Origin: Ignavibacteria bacterium
GTDB taxonomy: Bacteria > Bacteroidota > Ignavibacteria > Kapaibacteriales > UBA2268
Direction of reading: 5' to 3'
Assembly: GCA_016844745.1 (NCBI GenBank)
Contig: JAERMQ010000013.1
Location: 72,530-136,529, forward strand
Length of the DNA: 64,000 nucleotides
The notes beneath the pieces were generated by a model, which worked only from the letters and a program-made list of their open reading frames with translations, had not been told where the DNA came from and made no database searches. Each line of letters starts with the position of its first letter. Position 1 is the stretch's first letter. This document shows positions 48,244-58,457 of the stretch, piece after piece. A program made the translations under genes and the position numbers.

Positions 48244-49284
48244 CTATTCCTGCTTCATCAATTCGGATAATTTTTCAATTTGCTCCGCAGTACCAACTGT
48301 TATCAACTGGTCTGCTCTCTTCAACTTGAAATCCGAAGGAGGATTCAAATGCGGTATTCCATGACGGTAAACACCTAAAACAGTAGCCCCGGTATGCTTT
48401 CTTATATTAATTTCCTTCATTGTCTTATCAATCCATACCGAACCATCGGGAAGTATAATATTTTTAAAATTCAAATTATTTTCGCCGGGGGAAAAGCTCT
48501 GGTCGAAAAAATCATACATGTTAGGATTCATTGCTTCTCCAGCTAAACGCTGCCCACCAATGGAATATGGATTTACAATCCTGTCTGCTCCGGCACGCTT
48601 CAACTTTTCGACGGAAGTATCGTCATCGCAGCGGGCAATAATAAATATTTTTGGATTCAACACACGGGCAGAAAGAACAACGTAAAGCGTAATTGCATGG
48701 TCCCCGGTAGCTACTATTACTGCTTTGGCTCTGTCGATACCGGCTTTAAGTAGTACTTTATCTTCGGTAGCATCACCTTCGATGGCTATATAATCACATT
48801 CGTCAATAATTGAAGTTCTATCTTCTAATGATGTTTCAATAATAACAAAGGGAACATTTGCATCTGATAGTTCCGAAGCGGCTAAGCTGCCAACGCGACC
48901 GAAGCCGACTAAAATAATATGGTTCGTTAATTCCGAGATTTTTTTCATTGCTTTTTTTTCCGATTTTACGTTTGATAATTGAATAATCACTAAGTTTTCC
49001 ATAATAATACTAAGCAGGTAGAATAGGCTGCCAATGCCCGAAACGGCTATTATTATAGTAAAAATCCTGCCCGTAGTATCTAATGGATGAATTTCCTGAA
49101 AACCAATAGTTGTAATCGTTATAAATGTCATATACAATTGGTCAATGAAAGTAGGATTTGAGGAATGCCAGATAATACCATAGCCAACGGTACCGACAAT
49201 TAATACCACAAGCAAAATAATTGCAGGAAGAACCGGTTTTCTGGTATCCGGTTTAGCTCTGTGTTGTCTTAATTTAACAATCAT
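48244..49284 (-). CDS. Potassium channel protein with RCK (TrkA-N/TrkA-C) domains
   Basis: 2-TM pore module with a selectivity-filter-like TTIGFQE segment, then a Rossmann GxGxxG (ILVGFGRVG) TrkA-N domain and a TrkA-C domain. Confidence 0.65.
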   Translation of the reverse strand: MIVKLRQHRAKPDTRKPVLPAIILLVVLIVGTVGYGIIWHSSNPTFIDQLYMTFITITTIGFQEIHPLDTTGRIFTIIIAVSGIGSLFYLLSIIMENLVIIQLSNVKSEKKAMKKISELTNHIILVGFGRVGSLAASELSDANVPFVIIETSLEDRTSIIDECDYIAIEGDATEDKVLLKAGIDRAKAVIVATGDHAITLYVVLSARVLNPKIFIIARCDDDTSVEKLKRAGADRIVNPYSIGGQRLAGEAMNPNMYDFFDQSFSPGENNLNFKNIILPDGSVWIDKTMKEINIRKHTGATVLGVYRHGIPHLNPPSDFKLKRADQLITVGTAEQIEKLSELMKQE

Positions 49285-49408
49285 TAATTTCTACTGATAA
49301 ATCAACAATTCTACAAAAATAAATTAAATAATTCATTCAAAATATGATTTAATGCAAAGTAGTCGTATTTTTGTGTTTTTGTTTTTTGCATAAATAATAG
49401 TTGGTTGA

Positions 49409-50350
49409 ATGAGAATAAGCGTGATTATAATTACCCGGAACAGGAAAGATGATGTAAAGCAAACGATTGAAGGTTATTTGTCACAGACTTATTCAGATAA
49501 GGAAATAGTAGTAATTGACAACGAATCGCGAGATGGTACAAGGGAAATGATGGAAGTTGATTATCCGGATATTAAATATTTATGGCTGCCGGATAACTTC
49601 GATATTCGTTCGATTAACTTAGGAGTTGAATTATCAACCGGTGATATTATTTGGCGCACAGATAGCGATTCGCATCCCGAATCGCCTGATACATTCGAGA
49701 GAGTAGCCGGGATATTTAAAAACCATCCGGATATAGATATTGTCTGCTCGGAAAACATTGAAGTCAAGAAGGCTTATACGGTTTGGGAATGGTATCCCTT
49801 TCAAGTGGATAAAACAAAGGAGCCGCCAGACGGCTTTCCGGCTAATATTTTTGCAGGAACAGGCGCAGGAATCCGGCGCAATGTATTTGATAAAATAGGC
49901 GGTTTTTGGGAATTTGGTTTCGAAGAACTGGATTTCTGTACTCGTGCCATTTTGGCTGGGTGCAAAGTCAGGTACTTCCCATCTGTTAGAACTTTACACT
50001 TTTCCTCGCCCTTCGATAGAAATAATAATAACCGATGGATACAAATCTTAAAGCAAAATGTCCGGTATTCATGGCGGTATTTCCCATTTTTTCAGGCAAT
50101 AGGACGAGTCATACAATTCTATTCAACACATCTGTTTTTCGGAGTATTGAAAGGAGTAAGTATTGGGGCAGTTTTCGAAAGCTTTTTCACGGTTTTGGCA
50201 GTATCTTTTTCAACATTTCGAAATGAAAGAAAAGTAGTAACTACTGCTCAATTGAAGGAAATAACAATGGGAGTGAGTGTTTTCAGGACTCAGGTTAATT
50301 ACTTTAGGGAAATTATAAAAAGAAATATTAAAAAATGGCGGAACCATTGA
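49409..50350 (+). CDS. Family 2 glycosyltransferase
   Basis: ISVIIITRNRKDDV...IVVIDNESRDGT. Confidence 0.7.
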   Translation: MRISVIIITRNRKDDVKQTIEGYLSQTYSDKEIVVIDNESRDGTREMMEVDYPDIKYLWLPDNFDIRSINLGVELSTGDIIWRTDSDSHPESPDTFERVAGIFKNHPDIDIVCSENIEVKKAYTVWEWYPFQVDKTKEPPDGFPANIFAGTGAGIRRNVFDKIGGFWEFGFEELDFCTRAILAGCKVRYFPSVRTLHFSSPFDRNNNNRWIQILKQNVRYSWRYFPFFQAIGRVIQFYSTHLFFGVLKGVSIGAVFESFFTVLAVSFSTFRNERKVVTTAQLKEITMGVSVFRTQVNYFREIIKRNIKKWRNH

Positions 50351-51552
50351 GAATATTACAGCTTGTACCACAATTCCCATTTCCGATGATTGACGGAGGA
50401 AAAATCGGGATTGCCAGTATATTGAGGGAATTTTCGCGCCAGGGAGCCGAAGTAACTTTATTTTATCTTTCCCAGAACGAACCAAGTGAAGAAGCTTTAA
50501 AAGAAGCAAGGCAATATTGCGAGCCGATTATGTGCAAGTATTCCACAAAGAATACCGCAAGAAGAATTATAGCCTCGGTGCTTTACGACAGACCAATTTA
50601 TGTTGCTAAGCATGAAAATGATTTCGTTTTCGATACATTAAAGAAAAATATTGAGAACCGCCATTTCGATATAATCCATGCAGACCATTCTTCAATGGCT
50701 CCATTGGGATTCTTTGCTAAACAGCTACTGAAAAAACCTGTCGGATTGCGTCTCCATAATGTTGAATGGTTGATATGGAAAAGATATTCAGATAGTATAG
50801 CCTCATGGAATCCTAAGAAATTATATTTGAGACGTCAGGCACATTTGCTTCGAAAAGAAGAAGTCAACTTTTATTCGAGCATGGATATTTGCTTTGCAAT
50901 CACCGATAAAGACCGTGATAAAGCAATCAGTATGGCACCAAATGCAAAAATTGTAATTGCTTCCGCCGGAGTGGATACCGAAGACTGGAAGCCGAAAGAT
51001 TATATTCGCCGTAATCCTTACGAATTGGTGTTGGCAGCATATTATAAGTGGGTACATAATGTAGATGCCGTTCGTTGGTTTGTCGATGAAGTATTGCCGA
51101 TAGTAAAGGAACGTTTTCCTGAAACGACGGTTTTTCTGATAGGTAAAGATGGTCCTTCATGGTTTAAGCATATAAGGAGTAAGGGTGTGTTCTATATTGG
51201 ATTTGTTCCAAAGGTTCAACCTTACTTAAACAGGGCAGCGGCTTATGTGGCTCCACTGTTCGTAGGGAGTGGAATACGAATAAAAATATTGGAAGCAATG
51301 GCTATGGAATTACCGGTAGTGTCCACACCGATAGGCGCTGAAGGAATTAATTGCACCGAAAATGAGGGATTATTTATAGCCCGTGATGCCCAGGGATTTG
51401 CTAATCAAATCATAAAAATACTTGCCAACAGGGAATTTTCTTTAAAGGCTGGAAAATCAGCACGGGAGTTTATCGTCAATAATTATTCATGGAATCGCAA
51501 TGTTGGCATAATGCTTGAAGAATATGAAAAACTTGCTAATAAACAACAATAA
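50335..51552 (+). CDS. Family 4 (GT-B) glycosyltransferase
   Basis: C-terminal E-x7-E-type motif region (EAMAMELPVVSTPIGAEG). Confidence 0.7.
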   Translation: MAEPLRILQLVPQFPFPMIDGGKIGIASILREFSRQGAEVTLFYLSQNEPSEEALKEARQYCEPIMCKYSTKNTARRIIASVLYDRPIYVAKHENDFVFDTLKKNIENRHFDIIHADHSSMAPLGFFAKQLLKKPVGLRLHNVEWLIWKRYSDSIASWNPKKLYLRRQAHLLRKEEVNFYSSMDICFAITDKDRDKAISMAPNAKIVIASAGVDTEDWKPKDYIRRNPYELVLAAYYKWVHNVDAVRWFVDEVLPIVKERFPETTVFLIGKDGPSWFKHIRSKGVFYIGFVPKVQPYLNRAAAYVAPLFVGSGIRIKILEAMAMELPVVSTPIGAEGINCTENEGLFIARDAQGFANQIIKILANREFSLKAGKSAREFIVNNYSWNRNVGIMLEEYEKLANKQQ

Positions 51553-51560
51553 ATATTAAT

Positions 51561-53306
51561 ATGAAAAGAAAAATCACAAAAATAATAACATTTCTATTTT
51601 TCCTCACTTCATCAATAACTTTTGGTCAGATGAAAGGGGGTTATTCCATCGATACAAAAGAACTATTGATACCCTCGACTGATAAAATTTCTTCTCAAAA
51701 CGACCTGATAAGAAAAGAATCAAATCCTGTTGGCAATCCGGTTATTGCGGAATATTACTTAATTGGACCCGGTGATGTTCTATCGTTTTTGGTAACCAGT
51801 TTATCTCCGGTTGAACAACCTATAATAGTTTCTCCTGAAAATTTATTAATGATACCACGCATAGGTCTCATCAATACGGCAGGAAAAACCCTTTATCAGG
51901 TAAAAAAAGAAATCTACGATTCAATTAAAAGCAGAATCCCGGATGCGATTGTGAGCATTTCACTTAGCAAGCCAAGAGATATTATTGTTACTATAACCGG
52001 AGATGTTACTTTTCCGGGAACATATATTTTTCCTGCTTCTTATAGATTATCAACCGGAATTAAAATAGTTAATCAAAAAAAGATAGGCGCTGAAGTTTAC
52101 AACCAACAGGCATACTCACTTTATAAACTTCGGGAAAAGGAATCCGAAGCCGAGAAACCTTATTCCGAATCCGGTCTTGCCGGTTCATTCACTAAGATAT
52201 ATCGAAATATAATAATTCATCATTCAGATGGTTCTTCTACAACAGCCGATATGGAAAAAGCATCTGTTATAATGGATGCACAATCCGACCCATATCTACG
52301 GGAAGGTGATGTAATTAATATTCCTTATGAAAATTACTCAGCGCCCCAGATAACTATTAGCGGAGCTGTTTATCGCCCATGTCAAATTCCATTCAAAACG
52401 AGTGATAAAGCATCCTTCCTTCTTAAAGCCGGATATTCATTCAGGGATGGTGCCGATTTAAGTAATATAATTCTTCTTTTCCCTGAAGAAGGTAAGAGTA
52501 TAAAACTTCGCTCCGATTCATTAATGAATTTGATCGGAAGCGATATTAAGCTTACTGCCGGTTGTGCAATTATTGTAGGTGAAAAAAAGATAACAAACAC
52601 TAATCCTTTTGGTTTGGTTGCCGTTAAGGGAAATGTAAATTCTCCGGGTGTTTATCCCATCAAATCAGGACAGACAAAACTCAAAGATGTAATCGATATG
52701 GCAGGGGGTTTTACTCTTGAAGCATATCTTCCTGCTTCTTATATTTTAAGACGGGAGACAAATGGTATGTCAACGATTAATCCCAGGTTGAATGCAATGA
52801 AATTATTTCAATATAGCGACCTGACCTTAGATGATACCTCCCGTTATAATCTACATTCAGATTATATGTCATCCATGGTTTCATGTGATTTTGATAAATT
52901 ATTTAACTCTAATTCCGGCACTGAAAATGTAAGACTCGATGATGGAGACCTAATTGTAGTACCTTCAACTCCAAAGCGTGTATATGTTTTCGGGCAGGTA
53001 AATCAACCTGGTTATATTGAATTTGTGCCTAATAAAACCCTATCATATTATGTAGAAAAGGCAGGAGGCTATGCTCAAGGCGCAGAGAAAGGACGTTCCA
53101 GAATTATCAGGGCTAAAACAAAGGTATGGATTGAAGGCACTGATGATGTTATGGTAATGGCAGGTGATAATATTTATGTGCCGCCTCCGCCTGATATTTC
53201 CACAGCTTTGAAATTACAAACTTATAGCGTTTACGCAAGTTTAATGGCGACAACCGTCGGAATAATCGCATTTATTTTATCTACATATCAGGCTTATAAT
53301 AAATAG
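51561..53306 (+). CDS. Polysaccharide export protein (Wza-like; Poly_export + SLBB domains, C-terminal TM helix)
   Basis: YLIGPGDVLSFLV Poly_export motif, repeated SLBB-like segments, C-terminal hydrophobic helix. Confidence 0.65.
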   Translation: MKRKITKIITFLFFLTSSITFGQMKGGYSIDTKELLIPSTDKISSQNDLIRKESNPVGNPVIAEYYLIGPGDVLSFLVTSLSPVEQPIIVSPENLLMIPRIGLINTAGKTLYQVKKEIYDSIKSRIPDAIVSISLSKPRDIIVTITGDVTFPGTYIFPASYRLSTGIKIVNQKKIGAEVYNQQAYSLYKLREKESEAEKPYSESGLAGSFTKIYRNIIIHHSDGSSTTADMEKASVIMDAQSDPYLREGDVINIPYENYSAPQITISGAVYRPCQIPFKTSDKASFLLKAGYSFRDGADLSNIILLFPEEGKSIKLRSDSLMNLIGSDIKLTAGCAIIVGEKKITNTNPFGLVAVKGNVNSPGVYPIKSGQTKLKDVIDMAGGFTLEAYLPASYILRRETNGMSTINPRLNAMKLFQYSDLTLDDTSRYNLHSDYMSSMVSCDFDKLFNSNSGTENVRLDDGDLIVVPSTPKRVYVFGQVNQPGYIEFVPNKTLSYYVEKAGGYAQGAEKGRSRIIRAKTKVWIEGTDDVMVMAGDNIYVPPPPDISTALKLQTYSVYASLMATTVGIIAFILSTYQAYNK

Positions 53307-53324
53307 TTCAAATCTTTTTATCGA

Positions 53325-54980
53325 ATGAAAAAACCGGAAAAAAAAATTGTATTAATTTTGTTGATGTTGGTAGGTATTCTATTTATCCGTAATGATATGT
53401 TTGCCCAGATTGAAGATGTACCTGTAACACATCCTGTTTATAATTTTTTGCAACGGATGCAAACACGTGGATTCTTACCTCATTTTTCTTTATCTCAATT
53501 GCCCCTGCAACGTAAGGATGTATTAACTGCTCTCAACAAAATTAAATTGAATAATCAAAGTCTCGAAGAGAATGAATTGAACTCACAATTGCATTTTGAG
53601 AAAGAATTTGGAATTAGCACTTCTGAAAAAGCAGTTGTATTCTATAGCTCATCGGATTCCACCCAGGTTTTCTCAAAAAAAATGTTCCAGGAAACCGACA
53701 AGTTTATATATAGATTATTAGATTCTGCCAAATCGGTTTTTGTAAGACCATTAGGTTCAATTGATTATTTCTTTAAAGACTCATCCTTCAATCAATCCAA
53801 TTCCACACTCGCCACTCTTGGTGTAAGGTTATATGGCAGTCTCGGCTCTCATTTCGGTTATTATTTCCAGGCTACAAACGGCAGGCTGTTCGGTGGTAGC
53901 AGGTCTCTTGCCTTGGAGGATAATCATTTAAATAGAAATATAAAATTTACATATTTGAATAGCGATGTTGATTTCTCTGAGTCGCATATACGATATGAGT
54001 ATGACTGGTTCTATGCAAAAATCGGAAGGGAAACCCAGCTTATTGGTTCGGGACTGAATCATCATTTAGTCGTATCTGATAACTCCAATCCTTTCGATGC
54101 AATAACATTGGGCTGCAAATTTCAAGGATTTGAATACCGTTATATTTATGGAAGCTTATTGGGACTCCCAAACAGCACTAACCAGACCGGAGCCGGATTG
54201 CAAATTCCTCCGAAATATTTTGTTTTCCATAGGTTTGCACTTCGCCCCGAATGGGGTGAGATTTCATTCTGGGAGAATATTATTTATTCCGAACGCAGCT
54301 TCGATTTGGGATATTTGAACCCGTTAAGTTTCTTTAAATCAATTGAACATGCTCTTCATGACAGGGATAATGCATCTATGGGTCTTGATTGGACGGTTGT
54401 GCCATTTAGTGGCTTGGCTGTTAAAGGGACTTTTTATCTTGACGATATCATCTTCGAGAAAATCGGCAAAGGATTCTGGGCAAATAAAATGGCATGGAAT
54501 ATCGCTTTAATTGCTGCTTTGCCATATTCTATTGATTTAGCAGCAGAATATGCCAGAGTAGAGCCATATACATTTTCACATTTCAATCCCCAGAATGCTT
54601 ATTCCAATGATAAAATCAGCATTGGTTCTTATCTTCCGCCAAATTCCGATGAGTTCCTTATGAAAACTCAATGGTGGTTCGGAGGACGCTATCCATTATA
54701 TGCTGTCTATTCATATAACAGGCATGGGGATAATATCTATAACAATTATGGTGTGTTGACCAAAAATGTTGGCGGCAGAATTGACCAGACAAAACGTGAT
54801 ATTGATTCGATGAGTGTCACATTTCTGGAAGGAAATCTAATTAAAAAATCTGCGCTTGAAATCGGTGGAGGGATAGAACTCATCAAGGGATTCAGCTTTC
54901 ATGCATCACTCAATTATACAAAAATGAATAATGGTTCAAGCATTGGCGGACATCTCAATTTAAGATTTGAGGATTTTTAA
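53325..54980 (+). CDS. Outer-membrane beta-barrel protein, possibly Wzi-like capsule assembly protein
   Basis: Signal peptide, alternating beta-strand pattern, ends in an aromatic residue (F). Position in the EPS locus next to Wza. Confidence 0.35.
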   Translation: MKKPEKKIVLILLMLVGILFIRNDMFAQIEDVPVTHPVYNFLQRMQTRGFLPHFSLSQLPLQRKDVLTALNKIKLNNQSLEENELNSQLHFEKEFGISTSEKAVVFYSSSDSTQVFSKKMFQETDKFIYRLLDSAKSVFVRPLGSIDYFFKDSSFNQSNSTLATLGVRLYGSLGSHFGYYFQATNGRLFGGSRSLALEDNHLNRNIKFTYLNSDVDFSESHIRYEYDWFYAKIGRETQLIGSGLNHHLVVSDNSNPFDAITLGCKFQGFEYRYIYGSLLGLPNSTNQTGAGLQIPPKYFVFHRFALRPEWGEISFWENIIYSERSFDLGYLNPLSFFKSIEHALHDRDNASMGLDWTVVPFSGLAVKGTFYLDDIIFEKIGKGFWANKMAWNIALIAALPYSIDLAAEYARVEPYTFSHFNPQNAYSNDKISIGSYLPPNSDEFLMKTQWWFGGRYPLYAVYSYNRHGDNIYNNYGVLTKNVGGRIDQTKRDIDSMSVTFLEGNLIKKSALEIGGGIELIKGFSFHASLNYTKMNNGSSIGGHLNLRFEDF

Positions 54981-54983
54981 TTA

Positions 54984-56171
54984 ATGGAAATCAACATTCT
55001 ACCTGAAATTGTCTGCTTATTAGCTTTCCTCATAATGCTATATACTTTCTTATGTTATCCTGTTTTATTAAAATTATTAGCAAAACTTAAACAAACACCA
55101 ATAAAGTTAAATAAACCTTATGAGCCTGAAGTTACTGTGCTTATAGCTGCATATAACGAAGAGAAATATATCAGGGACGCAATTGAATCAATCAATAATT
55201 CCAATTACCCGATTAATAAAATAAAAATAATTGTCGGTTCGGACGGCTCGACAGATAATACTTCAGGTTTTGTCAGGGAATTAGCCGCTAAATATTCAAA
55301 TATCCAAATATTCGAATTTGCTCGTTTAGGTAAAAACAGGTTATTAAATGAATTATTATCGAAATTCAATACTGAATTAACTTTTTTCCTGGATGCAGAT
55401 TGCCGAATAAATGCAGATGCATTAGGTTTGTTAGTTGAAAAATTTTCAGACCCGGACGTTGGTGCATCCCTTGCAAGTCTCGATATTCTTACTTCAAAAG
55501 ATAACGATAATACGGGCAGATTCGGTGAAATGATGTATCAAAAATATGAAGCATCCATTCGTCATTACGAAACTATAATCCAAAGTACGGTTAATAGTTT
55601 AGGTACCCTCTATGGTGTTCGAAGTAATTTAATTGATAAATTGCCGAACGACCTCGTATGCGATGACATGTTCATGCTAATGATTACAAATCTAAAAAAG
55701 AAAAGAGTTGTTTACGAACATAGAGCCAAGGTATATGAAGTCAGGGAAAAATCACTTCCGGATGAAAGGAAACGACGTGTAAGATTGATTGCAGGCGGTT
55801 TGGAAACAATTCTGCAAGTAAAAAAACTACTTCTTCCGGGTTATGGATGGGTGTCATTTTTTCTTTGGTCACATAAGGTATTAAGGTGGCTTTCACCAAT
55901 TTATTTGATTGTTATTGCAATTTGCACATTTTATATGCAAGTTTTCTCTATAATGTGGTATTTTTTCGTTATCGGACAAATCTTATTCTATCTTAGTGGA
56001 ATTTTTGGCTGGCTTTGTGAAAAAACCGGAATAAAGATTTTCATATTCCGGGCAGCCTTATTTTTTATTTCAATGAATGTAGCCTTTTTACAAGGTTTAA
56101 CCCGTTTTGCGGTACGAGGACAAAATGCTAAATGGGAGAGAATAGATACCGAAACTGCTTTAAAAAATTAG
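54984..56171 (+). CDS. Membrane-bound family 2 glycosyltransferase
   Basis: VLIAAYNEEKYI...IIVGSDGSTDNT, DAD motif (FLDADCR), C-terminal TM helices. Confidence 0.65.
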   Translation: MEINILPEIVCLLAFLIMLYTFLCYPVLLKLLAKLKQTPIKLNKPYEPEVTVLIAAYNEEKYIRDAIESINNSNYPINKIKIIVGSDGSTDNTSGFVRELAAKYSNIQIFEFARLGKNRLLNELLSKFNTELTFFLDADCRINADALGLLVEKFSDPDVGASLASLDILTSKDNDNTGRFGEMMYQKYEASIRHYETIIQSTVNSLGTLYGVRSNLIDKLPNDLVCDDMFMLMITNLKKKRVVYEHRAKVYEVREKSLPDERKRRVRLIAGGLETILQVKKLLLPGYGWVSFFLWSHKVLRWLSPIYLIVIAICTFYMQVFSIMWYFFVIGQILFYLSGIFGWLCEKTGIKIFIFRAALFFISMNVAFLQGLTRFAVRGQNAKWERIDTETALKN

Positions 56172-56189
56172 GGAAGTATTTAAACTGAT

Positions 56190-57614
56190 ATGAGAAGAAC
56201 GTTCAATAGTAAGAATTCACCAGTATTTACACAAATGATTGCCGATTTCTCTGCAATTTGGTTCACAAATATTTTACATTATTTAATACGTTTCGAGTCT
56301 GGTCTGGTTCAACCATACATAAGAATAGAACTGATGGATATATTTCGTTCCGGTTTTGTTCTGGCAATTTATTGGATGTTTTTGTTCTTCCTTTCCGGGC
56401 TTTATAAAAATTGGTATGAAAGACCAAGATTTGATGAGATAACAACAATTTTAAAGGTTACTTTTGTCGGCAGTTTGATTATAGGTTTCCTGGTTATTTC
56501 GGACAGTACCCAATCGCCGAGAATGATGTTTATTTTATACTTTACAATTTTATTCTTTTCGGTTTCGATAGGCAGAAGTATTGCAAGGCGTCTGCAGGTA
56601 AAATTCCGGACCAAAGGATATATTTCCGTACCGGCTCTGATTATTGGTTCGGAAGAGATGGCTCTCAATCTTTATAAAGAAATATTAAAATCACCTGCAT
56701 GGGGTTATAAAATCGTTGGTTTTGTTATCCTGAAGGACAAGGCTCAGTCTATTGAAAATCATTCGCAGTTAATTAACGGAATACCCGTATTTAGCGGTGA
56801 AGAAAATTTAAAAGATATAATTGTTCATAACAGACCATCCGAAGTATTGATTGCTGCAGATAATCACCAGCATCTTTTATTGCTCGATATTGTGGGTATA
56901 TGTTCGGAAGCAAATATCAGGGTAAAAATACGTCCGGATTTGTTCGATATTTTCTCCGGTCAAACAAGGGCTTTTCATATATATGGAATACCTCTTATTG
57001 AGATAAGCCCTCAGCTTATGAAACCCTGGCAGGAATTTATGAAAAGAGTTTTTGATTTTTTATTTAGTTTATCGGTTTTACTAATTGGCATGCCAATCTG
57101 GCTTTTAATTGCACTTCTAATCAAACTCGAATCAAAAGGTCCTATTTTCTATCAACAGGAGAGAGTTGGAAAAGACGGCAAAATATTCCGGATTCATAAA
57201 TTCCGCTCGATGGTTACAAATGCTGATAAAATAGGAGAGAAATGGACTTTGATTAATGACCCGCGTGTTACTAAATTCGGGAAATTCTTAAGGAAAAGCC
57301 ATCTGGATGAAATACCCCAATTCTGGGATGTGCTTCGGGGAGTAATGAGTATAGTCGGACCAAGACCCGAACAGCCTCACTACGTTGAGGAATTTGCCCA
57401 GAATATACCTTATTATAAGCGTAGGTTAAAAGTAAGACCCGGGATTACCGGTTGGTGGCAAGTAAAATACCAGCCTCACGTCCTTACCATGGAGGAAATT
57501 GAAAACCGGTTGAAGGATGATTTTTATTACATTGAGAATTTTTCTTTGCAACTTGATTTCGAGATTATTCTTCGAACAGTTTGGTGTGTTGTAACAGGAC
57601 ATGGTCAGGCATGA
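56190..57614 (+). CDS. Undecaprenyl-phosphate sugar phosphotransferase (WbaP/EPS priming glycosyltransferase; bacterial sugar transferase domain)
   Basis: C-terminal VGPRPE...RLKVRPGITGWWQV signature of PF02397, N-terminal TM helices and a central CoA-binding-like domain. Confidence 0.8.
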   Translation: MRRTFNSKNSPVFTQMIADFSAIWFTNILHYLIRFESGLVQPYIRIELMDIFRSGFVLAIYWMFLFFLSGLYKNWYERPRFDEITTILKVTFVGSLIIGFLVISDSTQSPRMMFILYFTILFFSVSIGRSIARRLQVKFRTKGYISVPALIIGSEEMALNLYKEILKSPAWGYKIVGFVILKDKAQSIENHSQLINGIPVFSGEENLKDIIVHNRPSEVLIAADNHQHLLLLDIVGICSEANIRVKIRPDLFDIFSGQTRAFHIYGIPLIEISPQLMKPWQEFMKRVFDFLFSLSVLLIGMPIWLLIALLIKLESKGPIFYQQERVGKDGKIFRIHKFRSMVTNADKIGEKWTLINDPRVTKFGKFLRKSHLDEIPQFWDVLRGVMSIVGPRPEQPHYVEEFAQNIPYYKRRLKVRPGITGWWQVKYQPHVLTMEEIENRLKDDFYYIENFSLQLDFEIILRTVWCVVTGHGQA

Positions 57615-57744
57615 TGAAATAATTAAGGTAGTTCTTAGAATTAATTCTTTTTATATATATATTAAAATAACTTTTGCAATAAAACGATATTCAAAATTTA
57701 TATTTTTAATTTAAATAAATGATTTAAGCACAAATAAAAACAAT

Positions 57745-58452
57745 ATGAAATCAATTGTTGTAATCCCGACATATAACGAAAAAGAAAATATTTCCAGAAT
57801 GATTCATACCATTTTTAGTGTTCAGCCGGACATAGAAATACTTATCGTTGATGATAATTCTCCGGACGGAACATCTAAAGATGTGAAGGAAATTATGTTA
57901 AACGAACCAAGGGTTCATTTAATCGAACGTACCGGGAAAATGGGGCTTGGAACTGCTTATTGCGAAGGATTTGCGTATGCTCTTGAAAGGGGATTCGAAG
58001 CAATATTTGAAATGGATGCGGATTTTTCACATGACCCCAAAGAAATACCAAACTTTCTTGAAGAAATCAAGAATTATGATTTGGTTATCGGTTCACGTTA
58101 TATAACCGGGGTAAATGTAGTTAACTGGCCCCTTGGAAGATTGATATTAAGTTATTTTGCAAGTGTTTATACAAGAGTAATTACCCGGTTACCTGTGCGC
58201 GATACAACCGGCGGATTCAAATGTTTTCGAGCTGAAATGCTCCGAAAAATCGACCTTACGAAAATTCACTCCAATGGTTATGGATTCCAAATAGAAATGA
58301 ACTACCTTATGTGGAAAAACGGAGCCAGAATTAAAGAAATCCCGATTATTTTTATCGACCGGATAAATGGTGTTTCGAAAATGAACAGGAAGATAATTTA
58401 TGAAGCTATCTTTTTAGTTTGGAAACTGAGAATATTTTCAATATTTAAATAA
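57745..58452 (+). CDS. GT2 polyprenol-phosphate glycosyltransferase (dolichol-phosphate-mannose-synthase-like)
   Basis: IVVIPTYNEKENI...LIVDDNSPDGT, soluble ~235 aa. Confidence 0.7.
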   Translation: MKSIVVIPTYNEKENISRMIHTIFSVQPDIEILIVDDNSPDGTSKDVKEIMLNEPRVHLIERTGKMGLGTAYCEGFAYALERGFEAIFEMDADFSHDPKEIPNFLEEIKNYDLVIGSRYITGVNVVNWPLGRLILSYFASVYTRVITRLPVRDTTGGFKCFRAEMLRKIDLTKIHSNGYGFQIEMNYLMWKNGARIKEIPIIFIDRINGVSKMNRKIIYEAIFLVWKLRIFSIFK

Positions 58453-58457
58453 TTGAA